A stretch of 41,634 bases of DNA from a virus (taxonomy: Duplodnaviria; Caudoviricetes), in the IMG/VR virus record IMGVR_UViG_3300005805_000167, positions 1 to 41,634 of that record, one strand, 5' to 3'. Both the position numbers and the translations under genes were made by a program. Each line of letters starts with the position of its first letter. Positions within the stretch are counted from its first letter, which is position 1. Shown piece by piece: positions 27,100-38,400 of this stretch. The notes below the pieces were generated by a model. That model was not told the origin of the DNA. It worked only from the letters and a program-made list of their open reading frames with translations, and did no database searches.

Positions 27100-30000
27100 A
27101 TGCCAAGTCCGTTAGATTTTCCAAGTTCAGAAACTTTCAGAAAAAAACTTGTTGTAAGAAACTTGGTGCCATATAAAAAATCACCAACAGGTGCAAACCC
27201 CCCAATCAACTATGAAACAATCCTACGGGACTTGGCCCCTGTTGACTCTCCTGATGCACTGATTGATGTACCAACCTTCGCAAACAACCTGTATCCCTTA
27301 AATCAATATGGTCAGTGGGGTGGGTATACTCAGGTAAGAGATGTGAATACCCTTAAAAACACGAACTCGAATGAGGGTGAATATGGGTATGATGACGCCG
27401 ACAAGTTAGGACAAGGTTACCAAGCGGCACTACAAGGTTTTCCTGGTATACAAGGTGCATGGAAACCATTAAATGCGTACGCTTCGACAGACCAACTTTT
27501 AGATTCGGCGGAGTTCTTCACAAGTTTAGAAATACTCCAACAAAACAACGGAAGAACGACAAACGCACAACCTTACCCCAACTTTAACCCATCTTCGTAT
27601 AGTGCCATATCATTATTTCTACAAAATGATCCTTTAGGTAGTAACGGTTTATTATCAAGTGATTCATACCTTGCAAAATTAGGTTCGGGTTTTTATAGGT
27701 TACAAGTTCAAAAAAATATTCAACGACAGATAGAACAAGAAACTATCGGTAGAGCAAATTTTCTGAACGTAAATGGAGGTGAGGATGTATACGCACTTTT
27801 AACTGGTAGGGTTCCCCTATTGGAACCTAACTACACTATTACGGTTTCACCAAACTTGGTGGGTGGTGCCGCGCAAATCATTAACCGATTATCAGGAACT
27901 TATGCCCCATTTTCAACAATACCTGGTGACTACTTCCAACCCCCCGCAAGAGTAGGGTCAACAACGCAACAGATTGCCGGTGCTTACGCTGGTGCCAACT
28001 TGTTTTCAGGGATAGGAAGATTTTTTGCAAGGTTGGCAGGATCAACCAAAAGTGGTTCTGAGTTATTTTTGGAAAATACGGGAACGGGACAAAAGTCCCT
28101 ACTCTTCAGAAATCTCGAGTTTAACCAGTTCAAACCTGGTTACGATAGAACTATATTTGACAGAGTTGCGGGTGTTTTAAGAGGTGCTCGTGAACAGAAT
28201 AGTGATTATTACATAGGTTCCGTTAAAACCGAACCGAGTAACATACTATCTCCTGTTGGTGATTTACCTGTTGATCAGTTTGGAAGGGAGATTAAGGCAC
28301 CTGTTTACGGACCTAATGAGATTGCCGAACTTTATGAAGGACCTGGTAAAGCACTTAGATTAGGTGCAAATGCCGATTCGTTAATAAGTCAAGGAAGTGT
28401 TGAGGGTGGTTTTACTTGGGTATCACCCAAATTCAAAGGGAATGCTGGTAAATACGTTGGACCTGGTGGTGATGCGGTATCTGAAGATCCCGATTTTAGT
28501 CCAGCAGGATATCAACCAACAGAATCAACTAACTTTTCCTTTAAACAAGGATCTATCATGGATGATACACAACGTATCATCGACTCTCAACCAAGAGGTG
28601 GTAGAAGGTTACAACACGTTGGAAATGCCATAGATCAGGTATCTAAAGTATTCAATGATGGGTACAAAGAGATCACTAAAGGTTCAAAAGTAATCAGATA
28701 TATTGGTGAAGTTGGACAAGAAAGAGGTGCTGAGTATTGTAGGATTTTTACTAAAGATACCCCTTATCTTCAATACAACGATCTACAGAAAACCGATGGA
28801 ATGACAACTGAAGGTCGTAAGTTTGCATACTCCATTTTAGATAAAACTTATAACTTGAACATTGCTCCAAATAAAATGGAGGGAGGTCAGGCATCGACTA
28901 ACCTTATACCAGGACCTGATGGTTATGCCAAAAAATACATGTTCTCACTTGAGAACTTAGCGTGGAGAACATCAAATAGACCAGGTTTCACTTGGGCTGA
29001 CTTACCTGTTTGTGAAAGAGGACCTAACGGTGGTAGAGTTATGTGGTTTCCCCCATATGGATTAACATACAGTGAAAGTGTAAGATCAGGTTTTAAAACA
29101 ACAGACTTTATCGGAAGACCTGAACCTGTGTTCACTTACAACAATACTTCGAGAACAGGTTCATTGTCGTGGAAAATTGTTGTTGATCATCCATCAGTTC
29201 TTAACTTAATTGTTAACCGAGTTTTGTCGGATGAAACAACTCGTTCAAGGGTTGATGGTATATTGGATTCGTTTTTTGCCGGATGTAGAAAGTATGATTT
29301 ATATGAGTTAGCTCAGAGATATTATACAATCAATCCAAACGACTTGTTCGAAATACAGAAGAAAATTCAGTATAAAAATATCACAACTGAAGAGACAAGA
29401 TATCTTACTAACACAATCCAAACTGGTGTGGATTCCACTACAGCTGGTGGAACTCCCGGTGGTAACAATACTAACACAAGTACAAATACCGCACAAAACT
29501 CAGGAGAGGGTGACTTCAAGAAGTATATTTCGATGGCGTATTACTACGACAACGATATCCCAAAACCAGATGCGGTTGTACAACCCTATCAAATTTACTA
29601 CAACGCCTATACATCATCAACCATAAAACAAGAATACCAAAATAACTCAAACGATAAAGAAGGGGTGGCGTTATTCTTTAAAGAGGTGATTGAAGATAAT
29701 AAAAGTCAATTGGACGAGATGTTGGTTAGACTCAATAGTGAGTTAAAAAACAATCAGTATCTGTTGGTTGAAGTCCTATTAGAAAGTAGTGCCTCAGCTC
29801 CCGCCAGTGATACATATAATATTTCTTTGTCACAAAGAAGGATGACTTCAGTTGTTGAATATATTACAGGGTTCCAACAATTGGGTCAGTATCTCAGTGC
29901 GGGAAGACTTAACCTTGTCACTGGTAGAACTCTCGGAGAAAGTGCAACAGTAACACCAATAAGTAGAACATCATCTTTTAACACATTCCAATGTGACTCA

Positions 30001-32151
30001 AGACTTGTGGGTGATTCACTAGCACAATCAAATGCTGAGGTATATTCTGTAAATGCCATGGCATGTAGAAGAACAGCCATTAAAAATATTACACTAAGAG
30101 ATACCTCACCTGTTAAACAATCCTCTCGAGTTGACCCAACAGATCCGAAAGTTATTGAACAAGTAAGTTCGAACGTTGATAGAAAAACTGTAACCCAACA
30201 AGTCATTACCGATGAAACTGTCCTTAGAGATAATATTACCAAAAGAGTTCTTAGAAATCTTTTGACAGAGTGTGACTATTTTGAAGTGGTCAAAGAACAA
30301 ACACCAATGGTGTATGATAGTCTGAAAGAAAAACTTAAGTTCTTCCACCCTGCGTTTCACTCAATGACACCTGAGGGGTTAAACTCAAGATTAACCTTTC
30401 TACAACAGTGTATGAGACCTGGTGATACAATCCCTACCGTATCTGTTGATAAGCAAGGAAATCAAACCTTACAGTACAACAACGCGGTTAATACCTCATT
30501 TGGTACACCACCGATTTTGGTTCTTAGATTGGGGGACTTTTGGCATTCTAAAATTGTTCCTGAAAACTTACAAATTTCATACGAAGAGTTGGATTTGAAT
30601 CCTGAAGGTATTGGTGTTCAACCGATGATTGCGAATATACAGTTTTCATTCAACTTTGTTGGCGGTCAAGGATTAAAAGAATCTGTTGACAAGTTACAAA
30701 ATGCCTTGAGTTTCAACTACTATGCTAATACAGAAATTTACGATGATAGAGCTGACGTAACGGATACGAGTTATCAGATATTGGATAAAGAGTTCTTACA
30801 AGCTCTTAACATTGAAGTTCCACCACCAACGATTAACCAAGTTGAAAACAACCAACCTCAAAGTAACTTGGAAACTATTGGTAGAATTTTAACTACTGAT
30901 ATTCAACAAACAGGAACAACGGGAACCATCGAATATAAATCCTTTATGACTAATTTGGTTGGTGGTACACAGACATACTTCAATACTATTGTGTCAAAGA
31001 ATAAAGATGTTCTAAGACAGTATAACAATGCGGTAAGACAATCGTTTGCCATTACAAGAAGGTACGTCGACGGGGCGGTACTAGCCAATGGAACGGGTTC
31101 AAACGTTTCACTTTACGGTAAACCTTCATCTTTTGAAACTGTCATTAACAAAGTATTTGCAGACTACTTAAATGACATCAAAAACGAAAATGATGCCTTT
31201 ATTGTTTGGTTGAGCGATCCAAGTAAAAACTTTAATAAAAAAGTTATTAGACAAGTCAAAGACAATATGACAGTCTATGTTAAACAAAGACAAAATGAGT
31301 TTGCTAGTGCATTATCCACAATAATCCAAGGTATAACAGAAACTCAGACTCAATACATTCAACAACTCGCAAGGGCAAATACCGTTAGTTTCTATGAGGT
31401 GACCAACCCAAGTGAAGGAACAGATGGATTCCAACAAACAAACGGTAATGTTGTTGTTTATTCGATATCAGGAACAACAGATGTTTCACCTGCGTCGGTT
31501 GGAATAACAAACACATGGATTGAAATGAATACAGACATTCAAAAAGTTGCTCAAGATTTACAAGTGTTTTATACTACAATATTCACTAAATTTGATTGGA
31601 CTAGTGGATCCGATAAATATTCGGGTTATTTCGCGGTACCTGAAAACCAAGCTGACGGATTAGCTCAAGACGTTTTCTATCCATTTACAACATCACAAAT
31701 TGCGTGGAATGATCAATCTGTTAAGAGAGAATACTACATACTTTCCAAAGATGTTATAGATGACAATCAATATGAAACATTCAAAAACGCAATCATCAGT
31801 AATATTGTTGGAACTAACTTGTTAACGCCCGGTAACACCGCAATCGATGTTGAGTTTGATGCTTATTGGAAGACAAAAATGAGACCGATCTTTGTCAAAG
31901 AGAACCAAGTGACTGAACAATTTATGAATGCCTTCGAAAAAGAAAAACTACCAACCTACTTGATCTACACGCCATTTACTCTTGAAAAGAAAAGAGTGTT
32001 AACTTATAGATTAACATTAACACCACCCCCAACTAACGCGCAGATTCAACTAATCAAGAATTTGGGTCTCAAGAACAACTCCGACAATGATACCTCAAAG
32101 TGGGGTGTTGCTAATGGAAATGTGATAACCAGTAAAGTACAACTCTTGTAA
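27100..32151 (+). CDS. Large baseplate / tail-tube initiator protein with an inserted OmpA-like domain
   Basis: Tube-initiator-like halves (FPPY...SES...FIGRPEPVFTYNNTSR.G.LSW and PP.LVLRLGD...P.NL.I.Y...PM.A.I..SF) flank SASA...YN..LSQRR..SV..Y...GE...RR. Confidence 0.6.
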   Translation: MPSPLDFPSSETFRKKLVVRNLVPYKKSPTGANPPINYETILRDLAPVDSPDALIDVPTFANNLYPLNQYGQWGGYTQVRDVNTLKNTNSNEGEYGYDDADKLGQGYQAALQGFPGIQGAWKPLNAYASTDQLLDSAEFFTSLEILQQNNGRTTNAQPYPNFNPSSYSAISLFLQNDPLGSNGLLSSDSYLAKLGSGFYRLQVQKNIQRQIEQETIGRANFLNVNGGEDVYALLTGRVPLLEPNYTITVSPNLVGGAAQIINRLSGTYAPFSTIPGDYFQPPARVGSTTQQIAGAYAGANLFSGIGRFFARLAGSTKSGSELFLENTGTGQKSLLFRNLEFNQFKPGYDRTIFDRVAGVLRGAREQNSDYYIGSVKTEPSNILSPVGDLPVDQFGREIKAPVYGPNEIAELYEGPGKALRLGANADSLISQGSVEGGFTWVSPKFKGNAGKYVGPGGDAVSEDPDFSPAGYQPTESTNFSFKQGSIMDDTQRIIDSQPRGGRRLQHVGNAIDQVSKVFNDGYKEITKGSKVIRYIGEVGQERGAEYCRIFTKDTPYLQYNDLQKTDGMTTEGRKFAYSILDKTYNLNIAPNKMEGGQASTNLIPGPDGYAKKYMFSLENLAWRTSNRPGFTWADLPVCERGPNGGRVMWFPPYGLTYSESVRSGFKTTDFIGRPEPVFTYNNTSRTGSLSWKIVVDHPSVLNLIVNRVLSDETTRSRVDGILDSFFAGCRKYDLYELAQRYYTINPNDLFEIQKKIQYKNITTEETRYLTNTIQTGVDSTTAGGTPGGNNTNTSTNTAQNSGEGDFKKYISMAYYYDNDIPKPDAVVQPYQIYYNAYTSSTIKQEYQNNSNDKEGVALFFKEVIEDNKSQLDEMLVRLNSELKNNQYLLVEVLLESSASAPASDTYNISLSQRRMTSVVEYITGFQQLGQYLSAGRLNLVTGRTLGESATVTPISRTSSFNTFQCDSRLVGDSLAQSNAEVYSVNAMACRRTAIKNITLRDTSPVKQSSRVDPTDPKVIEQVSSNVDRKTVTQQVITDETVLRDNITKRVLRNLLTECDYFEVVKEQTPMVYDSLKEKLKFFHPAFHSMTPEGLNSRLTFLQQCMRPGDTIPTVSVDKQGNQTLQYNNAVNTSFGTPPILVLRLGDFWHSKIVPENLQISYEELDLNPEGIGVQPMIANIQFSFNFVGGQGLKESVDKLQNALSFNYYANTEIYDDRADVTDTSYQILDKEFLQALNIEVPPPTINQVENNQPQSNLETIGRILTTDIQQTGTTGTIEYKSFMTNLVGGTQTYFNTIVSKNKDVLRQYNNAVRQSFAITRRYVDGAVLANGTGSNVSLYGKPSSFETVINKVFADYLNDIKNENDAFIVWLSDPSKNFNKKVIRQVKDNMTVYVKQRQNEFASALSTIIQGITETQTQYIQQLARANTVSFYEVTNPSEGTDGFQQTNGNVVVYSISGTTDVSPASVGITNTWIEMNTDIQKVAQDLQVFYTTIFTKFDWTSGSDKYSGYFAVPENQADGLAQDVFYPFTTSQIAWNDQSVKREYYILSKDVIDDNQYETFKNAIISNIVGTNLLTPGNTAIDVEFDAYWKTKMRPIFVKENQVTEQFMNAFEKEKLPTYLIYTPFTLEKKRVLTYRLTLTPPPTNAQIQLIKNLGLKNNSDNDTSKWGVANGNVITSKVQLL

Positions 32152-32474
32152 TGGCATTTCAGTACTACAACAGATATACTTTGTTTCAAGTAAATGGACA
32201 ACAAACAGTTGTACCATTTGTCACACTAAATGGAAAACCCTCCGACAAGGTTTATGTTTATAAAGTTGCGGTGAGTAGATTAGACAAGGTTTCTCAAGAA
32301 TATTATGGTACCCCGTTTTTTGGTTGGTTAATACTTCAAGCAAACCCTGAGTTTGGTGGTTTAGAAAATAACATTTATGACGGTGCAGTGTTGAGTATTC
32401 CATATCCTTTAGTAACTTCTTTACAAGACTATAAAACAACGGTAGAGAACCACTTCTTCTATTATGGCAGGTAA
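32151..32474 (+). CDS. LysM-like baseplate wedge protein (P2 gpX / T4 gp53-like)
   Basis: RLDKVSQEYYGTPFFGWLILQANP...G.VL.IP; TAATG overlap. Confidence 0.75.
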   Translation: MAFQYYNRYTLFQVNGQQTVVPFVTLNGKPSDKVYVYKVAVSRLDKVSQEYYGTPFFGWLILQANPEFGGLENNIYDGAVLSIPYPLVTSLQDYKTTVENHFFYYGR

Positions 32475-35400
32475 CTCATTAGCAGACAACTCGGGAAACA
32501 TCTATGTTGAAACCGCTTATAATAATATTATTTTAGTTGATCCAAACAAAACAACTAAAATAGGTACTAACGGAAGACAAATTGTTGAGGAAAGACTCGT
32601 AGATCACGAAAACTTGGTGATGTACGCTAACTTGGAGGCAGAAATCATACCAAGGACAAAACTTGCTATTGGTGGTAATCCACAGGACAACATCCGTACA
32701 ATTTCTTTGGCAAAAATCAATTTTTTAAAACCAAATGGTGATGAGTTTTTGAACGTTGGGTTTTATGATGATTTGACTGGTTTAGGTGCGACTTCACAGA
32801 ATGCAAGATTACAAAAATTTGAAACTATTGTTGATACTACTGATGGTAAACAATTCTATAAACAATCTGTGGTTTCAGATGAAAGAGGGAGAACGGTAGA
32901 CCCTGGACTGTTAGGGATGACAGCGATCGAGGTAAAAACGAATATGTCATTTGTACCCGAAGTTATTATCAGAATGGAAGACATTCAAGGTAAGGCTTTA
33001 TTTGAACAAGGGGATCAGTCCCCATACGCAGCGTTTTTCAACTTACCATATCCAGTATTCTATCTTACACTCAAAGGTTATTATGGTCAGGCAATAAGAT
33101 ATCAGTTAAACCTTCATAAGTTCACCGCCGATTTCAATTCATTCAGTGGTAACTACCAGATCACTTGTCAATTTTTTGGGTATAAATACAATATACTGAA
33201 TGAGATTTCTTTGGGTACTCTTATTGCATTACCCCACATGTACACCACAACATACAACGTTACTTCAAGTTTTACTGGTACCGAAACAAGTAGGGGTGAA
33301 ACAGAAAGTCAAATATTGAATCAGGGTTTAACTGGTGGTGATTCTGATATTAGTGACAGTGTCCTTTCACAGGAAGTTGTCTCTTCAAGAGGATATCAGA
33401 AAATCAAAGAAATGTATGATGAGTATGAGGTCAAAGGACTCATTCCAAAAGGTTTTCCAAGATACACAATTGCCCAACTTGGTTACAAGTTACAAAAACT
33501 TGAACAAGACATTTTAGATGTTTATAAAGGTAAGGCGGACTTTCAACCTTTAACAGATGGTCAAGTATATAGAAAGTATCTTAGACAATACTTTTCCAAA
33601 GTACGTGGAGATAAAATCTCGTGGTTTGTCCAATACCTAAACCCTAAACCTTATGTTTTAAAAGATTCGGGTTCTTTAATCTATGGATTCAAAAAGGATT
33701 TGGATCAAGGAGGTAGAGATGAGGGGGTTAGTAAACTTAAAGCAATCATTTCAGAGTATAATACAAGACTTGATGAAAATCGTACTTTTGGTGAGTTAAG
33801 AGGAAAAAATTTACAAATAGACAACCCTATAACATATAATACCGTTGTAATACCTGACGTAACTTTTGACCAAATTGATTGGGTTCAAACAATGAGAACT
33901 CAGTTAAATATAGTAAACCCAACGGAGATAGAGGTTACAAGTTTTATATCAAATGAGTTAAAAAATTTATCAATAACAGTTGAAGTTACACCCGATGGTT
34001 TAAAAGAAATTAAACAACCCTTTTATGTTTTTGTTGGACAAAATAGATTTGATAATATTCTCAGATCTATGGAGAGTCAGTTAGATAAAAAACTTAACGA
34101 CATTGAAACCGAGATTACTCAAAAATTAAAAGAAACGATATCCTCACCCAGTGCAGGTTTAGGGTTTATTCCTTCCGTTAGGAATATCATGGCCGTAATC
34201 ATGGCATCCGCAGAAGGGTTCATCAGGTTAATAGATGAGGTTCATTATAAGGCATGGCAAGTAAGAGAAGATCCTATAAGAAAACGGGCAGTATTAAGAA
34301 CTGACACTTCAATTTTGAACAGTGACAGTAAAGACTATGTTCCATATGCAGCGAATGTGTCAAACACAACATTAGAAAATGCTGAAATACCAATTTACCC
34401 TTGGCCTCAAATATTTGTTGAAAACGAAGATCCTAAGAAAGGTAAGTATGAGTTAGCATATCCAGGTGACCCCGCAATTGTTGATCTAACAAAAGGTTAT
34501 CTATATGACAAGTGGCCTGAAGTTGAGTTTGTTGAAGAGTTTTTTAAGGGTAGTGCTCAAAGATTATTACCACCTGTAGTTCCATCACCACAGGACAATG
34601 AAGTTGCTTTGACGACAAGACTTAACCTAAATGCGATTCAGTTTCCCGCGGTGGGTCTATCATATGTGAACAAAGAGGAGTTAAGATTTTTTTATGAAGT
34701 TTATGAAAGACAGTTTTTATATTCTTTCTACACAAACTTTGCGAGAATATCAAACTCTGCGGTTAAAACTTCAATAATCGAAGCCATTGCGAATACTGAG
34801 GCGAACAACATTGTTTCATCTCTCGGTATAAGTAATCCACAACTTACATACAATCTTAAAAACTCACCACTAAACTCAGTTACTTACCCAACAATACTGA
34901 GACAATACTCCAATGAAGGTACGGGATTAGCTTATCAAGAATTCATAAGGGACATATTCGTAACTCCGTACATAAGAAACTTCACACAGAATAGTTTCTC
35001 GATTTTACCATTAGAAACTATTACATCTACTAATCGATCAACATTCAGTAATCTCCCTAACTCAAGTGTTGTTGAACAGTTGTTACTTGAAACCTCAACG
35101 AATATTCCAATAATAACAGACACATATCCGTATACGAACTTATTGTGGAATACAACTAACCTTAATAACTACTTATTTACACCAACAGTCAATCAAACAT
35201 TTAATACAACAAAAACTTATAAGTTTTACAAACCAAAAAATTTAATAACAAATTTTGAGGACCCAACCGACAAAACTCAAATAAGACCTGTTGTTAGTTT
35301 TGAATACAAGAAACCTATATCACCTTCACCAAGTATTGGTTTTAATTCGTTCTATGCACAAAGAAACGTGTATTTACCAACTGAAGGTATTGTTCCCACA

Positions 35401-38400
35401 GATGGAACAAGATTACCTAACACGGTTACAACATCGATGTTAAATACACCTTATTTGGTGAATGCAATACAATATGGTGTTAATAAACAAAAACAAGGAT
35501 CTTCAAATCCATATGTTGAAGCCGCATATTTGTTTATCAATAGTTTACCTTTATCCACATTTAGAGAAAGATATAAGTCTCTATCATCATCAAACCCTGA
35601 TAATATAAATGCGGTTAGTCAACTTGACTACATCTTTGCGAGTTTTAGAAAGTTTGGTGCGGTTCACAAAATGCCATATGCTTGGGTTTTAAAGTATGGG
35701 TCGATTTGGCATAGATACAAGACATACATCCAAAGTGGAACTCTCCAAACAGACATCCTATCACCAATTTGGACAAACTACAACTACGCAAATAACTATG
35801 ATCCGAGTAACTCGGATGTGACAAAAGTTTATAATCTAACAATCGGTTCTATAAAACTACAAGATGAGTTTGTTGTTGATGGTGTAAAAATAACAAACAT
35901 GGACGTTGGATTTTATCCAAAGACTGTTAATGATTTCAACTTTTTCTTGAATGGATATGATCTATTCACACAATATACGGATGGGGAAATAAATCAGGCG
36001 ATATCAAAAGGTTTAAAAATACAAAACCTAAGTGATTCGAATATATTCAAAAGTACCTCAAGTATTGCGGGTCAACCTAGAACTATTGATATCACAACCT
36101 ATTCTTGTTTAGTCCCAAGTTCAATAGAACCATCAGAGCCTGGTAAGTTAGTATGTAATGACGCACCAACCACCCCGAGAGTAAACTACTTTGTTTTACC
36201 TTCGTTTGGTTCTAACTTCAATGAAGTAAATGAAGCGTGTTTCAATGGTGCTGGTCAACTAACCCAAGAACTCTCATTTAACGATTCTTTATACAACGGA
36301 ACTGTTAGAACCTTTTGGAAAGCACCAAACTATGGTTATTTCAATAATAATATTATTGTAAGACCACAAGTTGATGCCTACATGAACTTAATCCCTACGG
36401 TTGGTAAAGTTGACGCCTTTAGGTTGTTGACCAATGGTAATTATTCAAAGTTCGATGACATGTTTACGGTTTTTGAAAGAGCAGTTTTTGACAAAATGGA
36501 AACTGAGTTTTTAAATTTTGCACAATCTTTAAATAACTACAAACCAAACAACAGTGAGACTGATCCGTTGATCATTACATCAGTAAATGAACTCGTCTCC
36601 CAAGAACAACAAGACTTGAATGAGGTTTATAAAAACTTCCAATCTCTGTTTAGAAGTTTGATGGCGGTTCCAATCCCAAGTGTATATGCCGATCAAGAGG
36701 ATTTTTTCAATAAAATTATTGAGAATCAATATTCGAATGTAATGCCACAATTACAAGGGTTTCTTGACTTCGATGTTGCCCTTAGAGTAGGAAATCCAAC
36801 AGGGTATAGGAGAAGAGTTGTGGACTCTTATATCTCATATGTAACAGGTCAACTACAAGTTGCGGATCCAATACAGTTTGCTTCATATAAAACAAACACA
36901 TTACCAACAAACGGAGGTACTTTAACTGTACAACAATCACGACTGGCAAATCCTGCGGCGTGGGCTGAACTTGATTTGGATGTCGGATTTTCAACGATAC
37001 CTGAGTTAGTTTATAATAATGGTGGTTCTTTTATTACTGATTTCTTTGTCGATAGTAATATTGAGTTCACACAACAAAACGTGTTTCAGTTAAGTGAGTT
37101 GGTAAAACAATATGCGACTGAAAAGTTATCTAACCCAAATCTTACCGCTCGAGATTTTGCCGGTCAGTTGAGTGCTTACATTAATGACAATGAAAGTTTC
37201 TATAATACTACCTTAGATAACACCATCAATATTTTCCAAAGAAATTTACCGAACATCTCGCAAGTTCCTGAGGGTGTAATCAACTCTCAAATGGATGGAA
37301 AACAACCCAAAGTAGAAATCTATGAGATGTTTAAAGCTCTGAACGATAAGTGGATTGCGGGTTATGATAACACACAAACCACATTGTTTGAAGATATGAT
37401 GTTTTTGGATAGAGCGTCAAAAAATATTGGTGATCAAGTTATTATCGATATATTTGAAATGGAGACAATTATCGATCCTGATACAATGAATCAGAGTATG
37501 AGTGTTTTTCTTCTCATTAGTGGAATACTCACACAAAACAACTTCTCTGTAATGCCAATGCCGGCTTACGTCAATTTTTACAACCAACAGAATATCAACA
37601 ACCAAAGTCCTGAGGAAAGTGTTACTGACTTTGCAAATAACATGTGGGGAACTTTTCTGACTTTGGATTATAGAAATGCTGGACCTAAACTTATTTGTTT
37701 CTATACTGATAGACCATCGAGTTATTTGGATATGAAAGATAATAAAAACTATCTGTTCAGAAGTGATGCGTTTGACCTTAGAGACACAACTAACCCATTG
37801 TCATATGATGATAAGGATGTTGATAAGGTGATGAGTAATAAAGTAGTTGGGTTCAACGTAGATATTGGTATAAGAAGTCAGAACATATTCTACTCATTCA
37901 ATATTAGCCAAGACGGTGGTAAGGCAACCTCAGAGTCTATTCAACAAATCAACTTGATGTCGGATAGTGCATCTGGTCGAAGTACGGCAACACAAAACGT
38001 TTCACTGTATAACATATACAAAAACATGAGTTATCAGTGTGAGGTTGTTGCTTTGGGTAACGCACTTATCCAACCCACAATGTACTTCAACCTTAGACAC
38101 GTTCCAATGTTCAATGGTTCATACATGATCATAGAGGTCGATCATACGATCCAACCCGGACAGTTCCAAACAAAGTTTAAAGGTATTCGTCAAAGTGTAT
38201 ACAATCTCCCTGTTATTGATGTTTACTTACAGAGTATAAACAGAAACTTACTTCAAAAGATTTTAAAAGTTGTTACTCAGAGAAAGGACAATGCATTACA
38301 AGACGGAAAATCAACCACAACTCAAGGAGCCAATGCGAATACAACTCAAGGAACAACAAGTATTGCTGCTCAGAATGCGTGTGTTTCGAAAGTGGTTGAG

